The position numbers and the translations under genes were made by a program. This document shows, piece by piece, positions 29,501-38,401 of a stretch of DNA of 64,000 bases (its first letter is position 1; every line of letters begins with the position of its first letter). Origin of the DNA: a bacterium (lineage in GTDB: Bacteria > Patescibacteriota > Microgenomatia > UBA1400 > UBA12108); contig JBDRPO010000022.1 of NCBI GenBank assembly GCA_043827085.1, positions 4,481 to 68,480 on the forward strand, given 5' to 3'. The notes under the pieces are model-generated. The model ran no database searches. It saw only the letters and a program-made list of their open reading frames with translations, and was not told the origin of the DNA.

Positions 29501-31103
29501 GTTCCTCAAAAACCCACTGGTATTAATCCTTGCTCTGGCGGCCTTTTTACGTTTATTTATGCTGACGAGTGTCCCCCCCAGCCTCAATTGGGACGAAGTC
29601 TCGATGGGTTACACTGCCTACTCCTTGTCTCAAACTGGCATGGATGAGTGGGGTCAGCGGTTACCTTTATTATTCCGCTCCTACGGAGAATGGAAATCCG
29701 CGGTTTACATTTACCTCCTTGTCCCCATGGTCAAGTTTTTCGGCATGAACGCTTGGTCAGTCCGGCTTCCCTCAGCCATTGCCGGCATTCTCGCCGTCTA
29801 TTTGACCTACTTGATCGGCAAAAAAATCTACAGTGAAAAAGTCGGTTTATGGTCAGCTTTCTTCCTTGCCATCTCGCCTTGGCATCTCTTACTCTCTCGT
29901 CCCGCCTTTGAAGCCAACGTCAGCCTCACTCTAATCCTGGCTGGACTTTACTTGTTTCTGAGATTTAACCTAGAATCTAAAGTCTATCTTCTAATATCTA
30001 GCGCTATTGCGCTAGGCTTAGCTCCCCATACTTATAATAGTGCGAAGGTTGTGGTCCCCATTCTTGCCCTCTACTTAATTTGGTCGACCAAGTTGCACAA
30101 GAATCTCAAACAACTCGTCATTTTTCTGGGCGTCCTGACGCTCTTTGCCGCCCCCCTCTTTATTGACCTCTTTTCGGGTCGCTCGCAGTTTCGTTATTCG
30201 CAAGTTGGCGTCAGCACTGATATCAAGGGACTCAACGAATTTATTAACTATCGCAAAAATCCTCATCTCCCACCCATTGTTGGCAAGCTGCTTTTCAATC
30301 GCTACACTTATTCCCTCAGCCGCGCATCTTATAACGGCCTCTCCTACTTTAATCCCGCTTTTCTCCTTGTCGAAGCCGGTGACCACAACCAACATCATGT
30401 CCGCAATTTTGGTGTGCTCTACGTTGCCGAATTTATCTTTGTGCTATCTGGGCTTTTGACGCTTTTTAGCAAGAAATCCCGCCTCATCAACTTCTTGCCA
30501 TTAGTAATTATTGGCTTGGGCATTATCCCGGCTGCTTTGACCCGCGACCAAGGTCATGTCCTGCGTAGTCTCTTGACCCTTCCCGGTTGGCAACTCCTCG
30601 CGGGACTAGGCATCGCCTCGCTCCAGCCCTCTAAGTTCAAAAAATGCTTGCTTTGCCTCCTTATCGTACAAGCATTTATTTTTATGCTTGCCTATTTCAT
30701 CTGGTACCCGCAAACCTTTGCCCGTGACTGGCAATATGGCCACAAAGAAGTGGCGGGGTATCTGCGTCTCCACGAGAATGAATATGACAAAATCGTCATG
30801 ACCAAGTGGTACGGTGAAGCCCAACTTTTCTTGGCTTTTTATAATAAATGGGATCCACTCCGCTACCAACAAGACAACATCCCCAATCTGCGCTACGAAT
30901 CAGAAGGCAAAATCTGGCTCGATCAGCTCCCTGAATATAGTCTCGGCAAGTACACTTTCAAATACCTGAACTGGCAAGCTGAAGACAAGTCAGAGAAAAC
31001 TCTCTACATCGGGAAAGGGGACGACTTCTACATCGACTCGAAGATCGTCAAGACGATTAACTTCCCCGACGGTACTCCTGCCTTTGTCCTCGTCGAACCA
31101 TAA
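29493..31103 (+). CDS. ArnT/PMT-family (PMT_2-like, COG1807) lipid-carrier-dependent glycosyltransferase
   Basis: SLNWDEVSMGYTAYSL first-loop DE motif, GEWKSAVYIYLLVP, about 12 TM helices, and a C-terminal soluble domain. Overlaps the upstream gene by 8 nt. Confidence 0.7.
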   Translation: MLKFLKNPLVLILALAAFLRLFMLTSVPPSLNWDEVSMGYTAYSLSQTGMDEWGQRLPLLFRSYGEWKSAVYIYLLVPMVKFFGMNAWSVRLPSAIAGILAVYLTYLIGKKIYSEKVGLWSAFFLAISPWHLLLSRPAFEANVSLTLILAGLYLFLRFNLESKVYLLISSAIALGLAPHTYNSAKVVVPILALYLIWSTKLHKNLKQLVIFLGVLTLFAAPLFIDLFSGRSQFRYSQVGVSTDIKGLNEFINYRKNPHLPPIVGKLLFNRYTYSLSRASYNGLSYFNPAFLLVEAGDHNQHHVRNFGVLYVAEFIFVLSGLLTLFSKKSRLINFLPLVIIGLGIIPAALTRDQGHVLRSLLTLPGWQLLAGLGIASLQPSKFKKCLLCLLIVQAFIFMLAYFIWYPQTFARDWQYGHKEVAGYLRLHENEYDKIVMTKWYGEAQLFLAFYNKWDPLRYQQDNIPNLRYESEGKIWLDQLPEYSLGKYTFKYLNWQAEDKSEKTLYIGKGDDFYIDSKIVKTINFPDGTPAFVLVEP

Positions 31104-31121
31104 TGGTTTATACTAATTCCT

Positions 31122-31904
31122 ATGGATTCAAAAAAGATTAATCTCTCGATCGCTCTGGCTGTCTATAACGAAGAAGAAACCCTTGGGGATTGTCTGAAGT
31201 CAATCGAAGGTCTTGCCGACGAGATAGTGATCGTCGACGGGCACTCTACCGATAAAACGGTCGAAATTGCGGGAAGTTACGGTGCCAAAGTCATCTCTGA
31301 AGAGAATCGAACCAACTTTCACATCAATAAACAGCACGCGATTGACGCCTGTGTGGGGCCCTGGATTCTCCAGCTCGACGCCGACGAAAGGGTGAGCTCC
31401 ATGCTCGCGGCTGAAATCAAGCAGATTGTGACTCAGTCTCCCGCTGGTCTCCCCGCCGCCTATTACCTCAAGCGAAGGAACTATTTCCTCGGCCGCTGGA
31501 TGAACAAGGGTGGCATGTATCCTGACCCAGTAATCCGCCTCTTCCAGCAGGGGAAGGCGCGCCTCCCTCAAGCCAGCGTCCACGAGCTCATGGAGGTCAC
31601 GGGAGGCACCGGGTGGCTCAGCAACGATCTCTTGCACATTGCCGACCCCAACTTCTCTCGCTACCTCCTCAGAAGCAATAGATACACTTCTTTTCAGGCA
31701 GATGATTGGCTCAAGGAAGGTAAAATCGGCACCGATTCCTGGAGTATCATTCTCTATGTGTTATTAAAGCCCCTCGCTCGTTTTCTCTCTATTTATTTCC
31801 GCCACAAGGGTTTCCTGGACGGCTTTCCCAGCTTTGTCTTTGCTTGGTACTCTGGTATTCATATCGCCAGCTCCTACGTGAAATACTGGGAAAAGAAAAA
31901 ATAA
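31122..31904 (+). CDS. GT2-like glycosyltransferase (WaaE/KdtX-like subgroup)
   Basis: LSIALAVYNEEETL ... IVIVDGHSTDKT ... LQLDADERV ... C-terminal KGFLDGFPSFVFAWY. Confidence 0.7.
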   Translation: MDSKKINLSIALAVYNEEETLGDCLKSIEGLADEIVIVDGHSTDKTVEIAGSYGAKVISEENRTNFHINKQHAIDACVGPWILQLDADERVSSMLAAEIKQIVTQSPAGLPAAYYLKRRNYFLGRWMNKGGMYPDPVIRLFQQGKARLPQASVHELMEVTGGTGWLSNDLLHIADPNFSRYLLRSNRYTSFQADDWLKEGKIGTDSWSIILYVLLKPLARFLSIYFRHKGFLDGFPSFVFAWYSGIHIASSYVKYWEKKK

Positions 31905-31908
31905 TCCT

Positions 31909-33522
31909 ATGCGTGCATTCATCAAATCCCACGCCCCGTATCTTCTTGCTATTACTTTTATAGTCATGTTTCTTACCCGCAATCTCTGGGGAACTCGTGC
32001 CTGGATCGAGACTCACGACGGAATCTTTCACCTCATTCGCCAGGAGGTTTTTACTGATGTATTAAGAACAGGACAATTTCCGGTTCGCTGGGCCAGCTCT
32101 CTAGACAATGGTTTTGGCCTGCCCTTATTCAATTATATCTACCCTGGTCCCTATTATCTGGGTTCCCCGCTCTCTCTCCTAGGCCTTAGTTCCAAGTGGG
32201 TCATCAAAGCGGTCGAAATTGGACTATATCTAGTCGGTGGCTTTGGGATGTATTTTTTACTATTCCGTAAGAATAAGTTATTTGCCACGGTTGCCGCCAT
32301 CTTTTATCTCACCACTCCCTATTTCCTCCTGAATATCTTTGTTCGTGGGGCTCTGGGGGAATTTATGGCCATTTCTTTCATGCCCTGGATTTTGCTTTCT
32401 CTGCAGGATTTGTCAGTCAGGAAAGGCTTACGTTGGTACCACCCGCTCCCGTATTTTTTTATGTTTATCGCCCATAATTTCTTGAGTTTTCTCTTCTTAC
32501 CCATTTACTTCCTAGTCGTCATGCAATATAGAAAAATATGGAAGACTAGTATTGCCAGCCTTGTTTTGTCGCTAGGTTTAGCTGCTTTTTTCGTGCTCCC
32601 CATGCTACTGGAGCGCAATTTACTGTTCTCGGTTACTAACCAGAATTTTACCTACAACTACCTCGACCATTTTGTGTATCCTATTCAGTTGATCTATGGG
32701 AAATGGGGGAATGGTCACTCCTACGCTGGCTTAAATGATAGGATCTCCTTCGCCCTAGGCTTAACTGCTCTTATAGCGCTCATCTGGGGGACCATCACCG
32801 CGATCAGGCGCCATAATCCAGACTTAACTCGCTGGCTTATCATTACTGGTCTGGTTCTATTTTTTACGCTACCTTTCTCGCTCCCAATTTGGCAACTCGT
32901 TAAACCGCTCCAAATGATTCAGTTCCCTTGGAGATTATTGTCATTCACCCCGATTACCGTTCCCCTCGTCAGTTTTTATCTTCTCTTAAGTCAAAAAAAA
33001 TCCCGTGCCATATATATAATCATCGGGATTTTGGTTGTCATTAGTCTCTATTTTGCGACTCGTTACTCAACTCCTCCATATTTTCAAAATAACGACCAGC
33101 TAGCTCAACAATTTTATATTCATCGTGACCAAACGACTACCTCCTCGCGTATTGAGATGTTGCCTCGCTGGGCACCGCTTAAAGAGAAATGGAAGGGTGA
33201 GGAGAATCTTCGTGTGGAGCGAGGTTCCTCATCCGTGACTTCAGTTACTTCAACTCCTACCAAAATTGTCTTTACCGCTGAGACAGAAGATCCAGACGCA
33301 ATCTATCGAATCCGCCGCAATTATTTTCCCTCTTGGTCAGTCAAAGACGAATCAGGCGCTTCCTACGACCTTGAGCCGACAGTTGATGGTGAGATCAACT
33401 TTACCGGCAGTACAGGGGGTCACACTTATACCGTCTACGTCGGTAGCACGAAAATAGAAATTTTGGCCAACCTTATTTCTCTCTTAGCTCTTATCTATTT
33501 GTTAAAATTGGGTTTCCGCTAA
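31909..33522 (+). CDS. Large polytopic membrane protein, paralog family B
   Basis: WIETHDGIFHLIRQEVFTDVLRTGQFPVRWASSLDNGFGLPLFNYIYPGPYY. C-terminal soluble tail with a final TM segment. Confidence 0.55.
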   Translation: MRAFIKSHAPYLLAITFIVMFLTRNLWGTRAWIETHDGIFHLIRQEVFTDVLRTGQFPVRWASSLDNGFGLPLFNYIYPGPYYLGSPLSLLGLSSKWVIKAVEIGLYLVGGFGMYFLLFRKNKLFATVAAIFYLTTPYFLLNIFVRGALGEFMAISFMPWILLSLQDLSVRKGLRWYHPLPYFFMFIAHNFLSFLFLPIYFLVVMQYRKIWKTSIASLVLSLGLAAFFVLPMLLERNLLFSVTNQNFTYNYLDHFVYPIQLIYGKWGNGHSYAGLNDRISFALGLTALIALIWGTITAIRRHNPDLTRWLIITGLVLFFTLPFSLPIWQLVKPLQMIQFPWRLLSFTPITVPLVSFYLLLSQKKSRAIYIIIGILVVISLYFATRYSTPPYFQNNDQLAQQFYIHRDQTTTSSRIEMLPRWAPLKEKWKGEENLRVERGSSSVTSVTSTPTKIVFTAETEDPDAIYRIRRNYFPSWSVKDESGASYDLEPTVDGEINFTGSTGGHTYTVYVGSTKIEILANLISLLALIYLLKLGFR

Positions 33523-33531
33523 AATCAACCT

Positions 33532-34566
33532 ATGCGTGTTCAAATTTCCACTTGTCCCATTCGTCAAGCCAGTCGCGTCCGCGGGGTGGGTATCTACACC
33601 CGCCAGCTTGAAGCTGCTCTTGTCAAAAAATATCCGGGCGATCAATATACTGTCTCCAGTACTCTCCAGAGCGGCATCGACCTCATCCACTACCCGTATT
33701 TTGAACCCTTCTTCCTCACTATGCCTTTAACCCACTCAGTTCCCGTCGTGGTCACCGTTCACGATCTGATTCCGCTTAAATACCCCGAGCACTTCCCCAA
33801 AGGTTTGCGGGGAACCCTCAAATGGCAACTGCAAAAGCTGGCGGTCCGTCGGGCTAACCATATTATTACCGACTCAAAGGCGTCTGCCGAAGATATTGCC
33901 AGAATTTTGCATTACCCCGCTCAGAAAATCTCTGTTATCCCGCTTGCTTCCGGCGCCGCGAGGACTACCACCAAAACCAAAGCCAAAGTGGTGGCAGACT
34001 ACCAACTTCCCGCACGCTTTGCTCTCTATGTGGGCGACCTCAACTGGAACAAAAATATTCCCGGGTTGATTCGCGAGTTTTCCAAGTTAGAAAATAGTAC
34101 CCTACACTTAGTTCTCGTCGGCCAGGCTTTTACAGCCAAGCCCCCTTCCTTTGAACTTCTTCAAGTGCAGGCTGCGGTTGCCGCCAGCGGCGCGAGGGAC
34201 AAAATCCACCTCATTGGTTACGTCCCGAGCCATCACCTCCCCGGTATCTATAGTCTTGCCACCATCTATGTTCAGCCTTCCTGGGATGAGGGCTTCGGCC
34301 TAACCCTTCTCGAAGCCATGGCCGCCGACTGCCCGGTCATCTCCTCCAGTCGCGGGAGCCTACCCGAAGTAGGAGGGGATGCTGTTATATATTTTAATCC
34401 AGGGAAGCCCGGTGATCTCACCGAAAAGCTAGCTACCCTCACTCGCTCTCCCGATGTTCGCTCGCAGCTAGTTGAGTTAGGCCGTCTCCAACTCAAACGT
34501 TTCTCCTGGGATCAAACTGCGGAGTTAACACATGCAATATATGAAAAAGTCTTGGCTAATCATTAG
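33532..34566 (+). CDS. Family 4 (GT-B) glycosyltransferase
   Basis: YVGDLNWNKNIPGLIREF ... EGFGLTLLEAMAADCPVISS (GT4 E-x7-E). Confidence 0.75.
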   Translation: MRVQISTCPIRQASRVRGVGIYTRQLEAALVKKYPGDQYTVSSTLQSGIDLIHYPYFEPFFLTMPLTHSVPVVVTVHDLIPLKYPEHFPKGLRGTLKWQLQKLAVRRANHIITDSKASAEDIARILHYPAQKISVIPLASGAARTTTKTKAKVVADYQLPARFALYVGDLNWNKNIPGLIREFSKLENSTLHLVLVGQAFTAKPPSFELLQVQAAVAASGARDKIHLIGYVPSHHLPGIYSLATIYVQPSWDEGFGLTLLEAMAADCPVISSSRGSLPEVGGDAVIYFNPGKPGDLTEKLATLTRSPDVRSQLVELGRLQLKRFSWDQTAELTHAIYEKVLANH

Positions 34567-35635
34567 TATTTGGATTGCCATCTTAGTTGGAGCTATCTTC
34601 TGGACAGTTTCAAAGTATCCCATATACACTCCATCATTCCCGTATCATCAGACTATTGCCCATTTGCCCCGCCAACTCTCTATTTTGGGCAATTTCGACG
34701 GTGCCAATTACCTCTGGATTTCCACTCACGGTTACCCTATCAAGGGAGGTGAAGTCGCCTTTTTCCCTCTTTATCCCATTTTAATTAGCACGCTCGTCAA
34801 TCTCGGCATTGAGCCACTCTATGCTGCCCTTATTTTTAACTTATTCTGCGTTACAATAATTGGTTTATTGATCCATCAACTTTATCCCAAATTATCTGCC
34901 AAATTCCTCTTGCTATTTCTTTCTTTTCCGGTCAGTTTTTATCTGGTATCTGCCTACACTGAAACTTTATTTATTTTATTCTTCCTCACTTTTATGCTCT
35001 GTCTTAAACAGCAACGTTGGTGGTTGGCGGCCCTCATCGCCGGCCTGGCTTCCGGTACTCGTCTCGTCGGAGCTATCTTTGGTGTCATCCTCATTATTGA
35101 ATACTTTCGCTATCATCCTATTACCATTAACCATAAACTATTGACCATGTTTATCCTCTCCGAGCTAGGCCTTCTCGCTTATATGTATTTTCTCTTTACC
35201 ACCAGGGGAGATCCACTCTCATTTATTCACGCTCAACCGCTCTTTGGGATGGGTAGGTCTGGAGGAGAAATCATTTTTTTGCCTCAGGTTCTATATCGCT
35301 ATCTTAAAATGCTTTTGACCGTCGATACGATGAGTCTCCTATATTGGCGGGTCCTCTGGGAACTGCTGACCTTTTTAGCTTCACTTTACCTCCTGATCAA
35401 ATATTGGGTCAAACTTACACCAGCTGAACGGATATATACTGCTTGGGTGGTATTACTCCCAACTCTCTCTGGCACGCTTTCCTCTTTTCCACGCTATGCC
35501 CTTGTTGCTATCCCACTTTTTCTTGCCGTAGCCAAAGAGATCAAACCCATTTACCTGACTTTTATCGTCCTAGCCCAATCTTCTCTTCTCATCTTCAATC
35601 TTATCCTCTTTACTCGTGGTCTTTTTGTAGCATAA
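34532..35635 (+). CDS. PIG-V-like (Mannosyl_trans2-type) polytopic membrane glycosyltransferase candidate
   Basis: ILGNFDGANYLWISTHGYPIKGGEVAFFPLYPIL, about 9 TM helices. Homologous to the C-terminal half of 27626..29500. Confidence 0.5.
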   Translation: MQYMKKSWLIISIWIAILVGAIFWTVSKYPIYTPSFPYHQTIAHLPRQLSILGNFDGANYLWISTHGYPIKGGEVAFFPLYPILISTLVNLGIEPLYAALIFNLFCVTIIGLLIHQLYPKLSAKFLLLFLSFPVSFYLVSAYTETLFILFFLTFMLCLKQQRWWLAALIAGLASGTRLVGAIFGVILIIEYFRYHPITINHKLLTMFILSELGLLAYMYFLFTTRGDPLSFIHAQPLFGMGRSGGEIIFLPQVLYRYLKMLLTVDTMSLLYWRVLWELLTFLASLYLLIKYWVKLTPAERIYTAWVVLLPTLSGTLSSFPRYALVAIPLFLAVAKEIKPIYLTFIVLAQSSLLIFNLILFTRGLFVA

Positions 35636-35642
35636 TTGCCTT

Positions 35643-36737
35643 ATGCCTAAAGCCTGGAAAATTATTATTGCTGTTTACCTTGGCCTCACCGTCATTTTCT
35701 ACAGCTATTATTTCTTTTTCAAAGAAACCAAACTTGATACCGTTTACAAAAACTGGGATGGCCCCAGCTACGTTATCACTGCTATTTCACTTTACAATCC
35801 CCAAATTGCCTACGATAACAACTTTATTCAGTCAACCGATATTAAACCCACCTGGACTTGGCTCCCCGCTCACTTTCCCCTCTATCCTTGGCTGATTAGG
35901 GCATCCTCTGCCATTGGCTACTTCCCCGCCATGCTCCTTATTTCTCAGATTTTCTCGCTCGCTACATTCATTGCTTTTTACGAATTTGTCCGAAGAATTA
36001 AACTCACCAACTCTCCGCTCCCCCTCACGCTTCTCATGATGCTCCTACCGCCTCGCTGGTTTATTGTCTCTCACATAGGGGCAAGCGAACCAATTTTTCT
36101 TTTCTTTATGCTCCTAATGCTCCTGTTCTGGCACCAAAAAAAGCATCTAACTGCCGCCATTTTTGGCGCCGTTGCTCAGCTTGCCCGCCCCCAGGGGATT
36201 TTGCTCTTTGCCGCCGTCGGTCTTTTTGCACTCTACGAAATGATCGTCAAAAAGATGAATATATATACCCAACTCAAAACTTACCTCCCATATTTCCTGA
36301 TTCCCGCCTCACTCCTAGGAGTATTTGTCTATTTTTACTTCCGTACCGGAGACTTTTTTGCTTTCTTTAGTGCCATAAGCATTTTTAAGCATACTCAAAT
36401 TTTACCTTTTACGGTTTTTACCTATCCCGCTCCCAACGTAGAGACTTATTGGCAAGAAATTAACGCCGTTAACTACGTCGTCTATCTAGCCTCCATCTTT
36501 GTTTTGTTCCGTCGTCGGCTCTTTCGCCTTGGTATCCTTGGCCTCATCTTCTTTCTCCCGCTGCCATTCCTGCGACACTCTGACATTTCTCGCTACGCAC
36601 TCCCCCTTATGCCTCTGGCCTTTATCGCCTTCGAAGACTTACTTTCCAGGCGCGAATTTGTGCTCGCTGCCTACTTCATGTCTCCGGCTATCATGGCCTA
36701 CGCCGTCAATTTTATGACCTTTAATCGCACCATCTAG
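35643..36737 (+). CDS. Polytopic membrane protein, paralog of 2913..4019. Putative GT-C.
   Basis: NWDGPSYVITAISLYNPQIAYDN block. More than 9 TM helices. Confidence 0.5.
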   Translation: MPKAWKIIIAVYLGLTVIFYSYYFFFKETKLDTVYKNWDGPSYVITAISLYNPQIAYDNNFIQSTDIKPTWTWLPAHFPLYPWLIRASSAIGYFPAMLLISQIFSLATFIAFYEFVRRIKLTNSPLPLTLLMMLLPPRWFIVSHIGASEPIFLFFMLLMLLFWHQKKHLTAAIFGAVAQLARPQGILLFAAVGLFALYEMIVKKMNIYTQLKTYLPYFLIPASLLGVFVYFYFRTGDFFAFFSAISIFKHTQILPFTVFTYPAPNVETYWQEINAVNYVVYLASIFVLFRRRLFRLGILGLIFFLPLPFLRHSDISRYALPLMPLAFIAFEDLLSRREFVLAAYFMSPAIMAYAVNFMTFNRTI

Positions 36738-36752
36738 AGTATAATTTAACTT

Positions 36753-37526
36753 ATGCCTTATCTACTTTCACGCTGGTCCGAACTTTCCCGTCAACTCATT
36801 GGCCGCGAAATCAAGTCGCGCTACAAACAATCATTCCTGGGTTACGCCTGGGTTATCCTCAATCCACTCCTGCAAATGCTCGTCATGACTTTTGTTTTTT
36901 CCTTGATTATCCGCGTCTCTTCCCTGGGTGTTCCCTATGCCATTTTTCTTTACGTGGCGCTTTTGCCCTGGAATCTCTTTGCCAACTCCCTGACCCACGC
37001 GACCAATAGTCTGGTTGGTAACGCCGCCCTCATCAAAAAGATCTACTTCCCCCGTCAAATCTTTATCCAAGCTACCTTAATCGCCAAAATCGTTGATTTT
37101 CTTTTAGCCTCACTCGTCTTAGTGGCCTTTTTCCTCTACTACCACCTGCCATTAACTCTCAACGTTCTCTGGGTCATCCCGATTTTTATTATCCAAGAAA
37201 TCTTTACCTATGGTCTTTCATTAATCCTCGCTGCCGCCAACCTTTTTTACCGGGACGTCCAGCATTTACTCTCACTGATTCTGGTTCTCTGGATGTACGT
37301 GACCCCCATCATTTATCCGATTGAGATGGTGCCAGAGGCCTACAGATTTGTCTTTAAGCTCAATCCCATGGCCGTGATAGTCAACGCGTACCGCGAGTGC
37401 ATCTTGGGTGGCAACATGCCCAAACTATCTAGTTTAGGGATTGCCCTCATAGTCAGCCTCGCTACCTATTATCTCGGCAGGAAAATATTTATCAAATTAG
37501 AAGGATACTTTGCCGATGTCGCCTAA
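36753..37526 (+). CDS. ABC-2 type polysaccharide/teichoic-acid exporter permease (Wzm/TagG/KpsM-like)
   Basis: REIKSRYKQSFLGYAWVILNPLLQMLVMTFVFS signature. 6 TM helices. 257 aa. Confidence 0.8.
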   Translation: MPYLLSRWSELSRQLIGREIKSRYKQSFLGYAWVILNPLLQMLVMTFVFSLIIRVSSLGVPYAIFLYVALLPWNLFANSLTHATNSLVGNAALIKKIYFPRQIFIQATLIAKIVDFLLASLVLVAFFLYYHLPLTLNVLWVIPIFIIQEIFTYGLSLILAAANLFYRDVQHLLSLILVLWMYVTPIIYPIEMVPEAYRFVFKLNPMAVIVNAYRECILGGNMPKLSSLGIALIVSLATYYLGRKIFIKLEGYFADVA

Positions 37527-37530
37527 AAAA

Positions 37531-37552
37531 CCCGGTGTACAAGGACACCGGG
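37531..37552. promoter_or_regulatory. Stem-loop immediately after the permease stop
   Basis: cccggtgt-acaagg-acaccggg, a perfect 8-bp stem. It is flanked by AAAAA on the 5' side, so it reads as hairpin+TTTTT on the minus strand. Only a weak U-tract on the plus strand. Confidence 0.4.
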
Positions 37553-37600
37553 TATGTTAAACAAAATAATACTAAAAAATCACTCACAAGTCAAAAAAAG

Positions 37601-37626
37601 GCTCGGCATACCGAAGCATGCCGAGC
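37601..37626. promoter_or_regulatory. Second stem-loop, about 22 nt upstream of the ABC ATPase start
   Basis: gctcggcat-accgaagc-atgccgagc, a 9-bp perfect stem. An A-rich spacer separates the two hairpins. Confidence 0.4.
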
Positions 37627-37648
37627 AGATTAAGGCCAATATACCAGT

Positions 37649-38401
37649 ATGATCAATCAAAGTCAAACAGCTATCACTTTTGATCAAGTGTCAAAACGCT
37701 ACTTCAAGCAGGGTACTCGTACCTTCAAGGAGATGCTCCATGCCCTCTTTATTCGAAGAGAGAAACCAGGAGAGTTCCTTTGGGCGCTCCGCAACATCAC
37801 ACTAAGTATCGCTCCAGGTACAACCTACGGAGTGATAGGAAAAAACGGTTCCGGGAAATCAACACTTCTAAAGTTGATTGCTAGTGTTAGTACACCCACA
37901 ACAGGAAAGACTCTGGTTCAGGGTCGAATCGCTCCCATAATCGAACTCGGGGCCGGTTTTCACCCAGACTTGACAGGGAGAGAGAATATCACCTTAAACG
38001 CCGCCATGCTCGGCATGACCAAAGCCGAAATCCAAGCGGCCACTCCTGCCATTATCGACTTTGCCGAGCTTGCGGGATTTCTCGACACTCCAGTCAAATA
38101 TTATTCGTCAGGCATGTATCTACGCCTGGCTTTTGCCGTCGCCATCCACGTCCACGCAGATATCCTGCTTATCGACGAGATCTTAGCAGTTGGCGATGAG
38201 GTTTTTCAGCAAAAATGTTTGGCTAAGCTAAACTCACTCAAAAAAGAGGGGAAAACCATTGTCTATGTCAGTCACAATATCCACAGTGTCTTAGATTTTT
38301 GTGATCGAGGATTATATCTTGATCACGGCAAAGTTAAAGAAGAGGGAAATATCATAAAGGTGGTTAAACATTATAGTCAGGACATGGAAAAAGAGCTATG
38401 A
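37649..38401 (+). CDS. ABC transporter ATP-binding protein (Wzt/TagH-like, with no C-terminal carbohydrate-binding domain)
   Basis: Walker A GKNGSGKST, signature YSSGMYLRLAF, Walker B ILLIDEIL. 250 aa. Confidence 0.85.
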   Translation: MINQSQTAITFDQVSKRYFKQGTRTFKEMLHALFIRREKPGEFLWALRNITLSIAPGTTYGVIGKNGSGKSTLLKLIASVSTPTTGKTLVQGRIAPIIELGAGFHPDLTGRENITLNAAMLGMTKAEIQAATPAIIDFAELAGFLDTPVKYYSSGMYLRLAFAVAIHVHADILLIDEILAVGDEVFQQKCLAKLNSLKKEGKTIVYVSHNIHSVLDFCDRGLYLDHGKVKEEGNIIKVVKHYSQDMEKEL

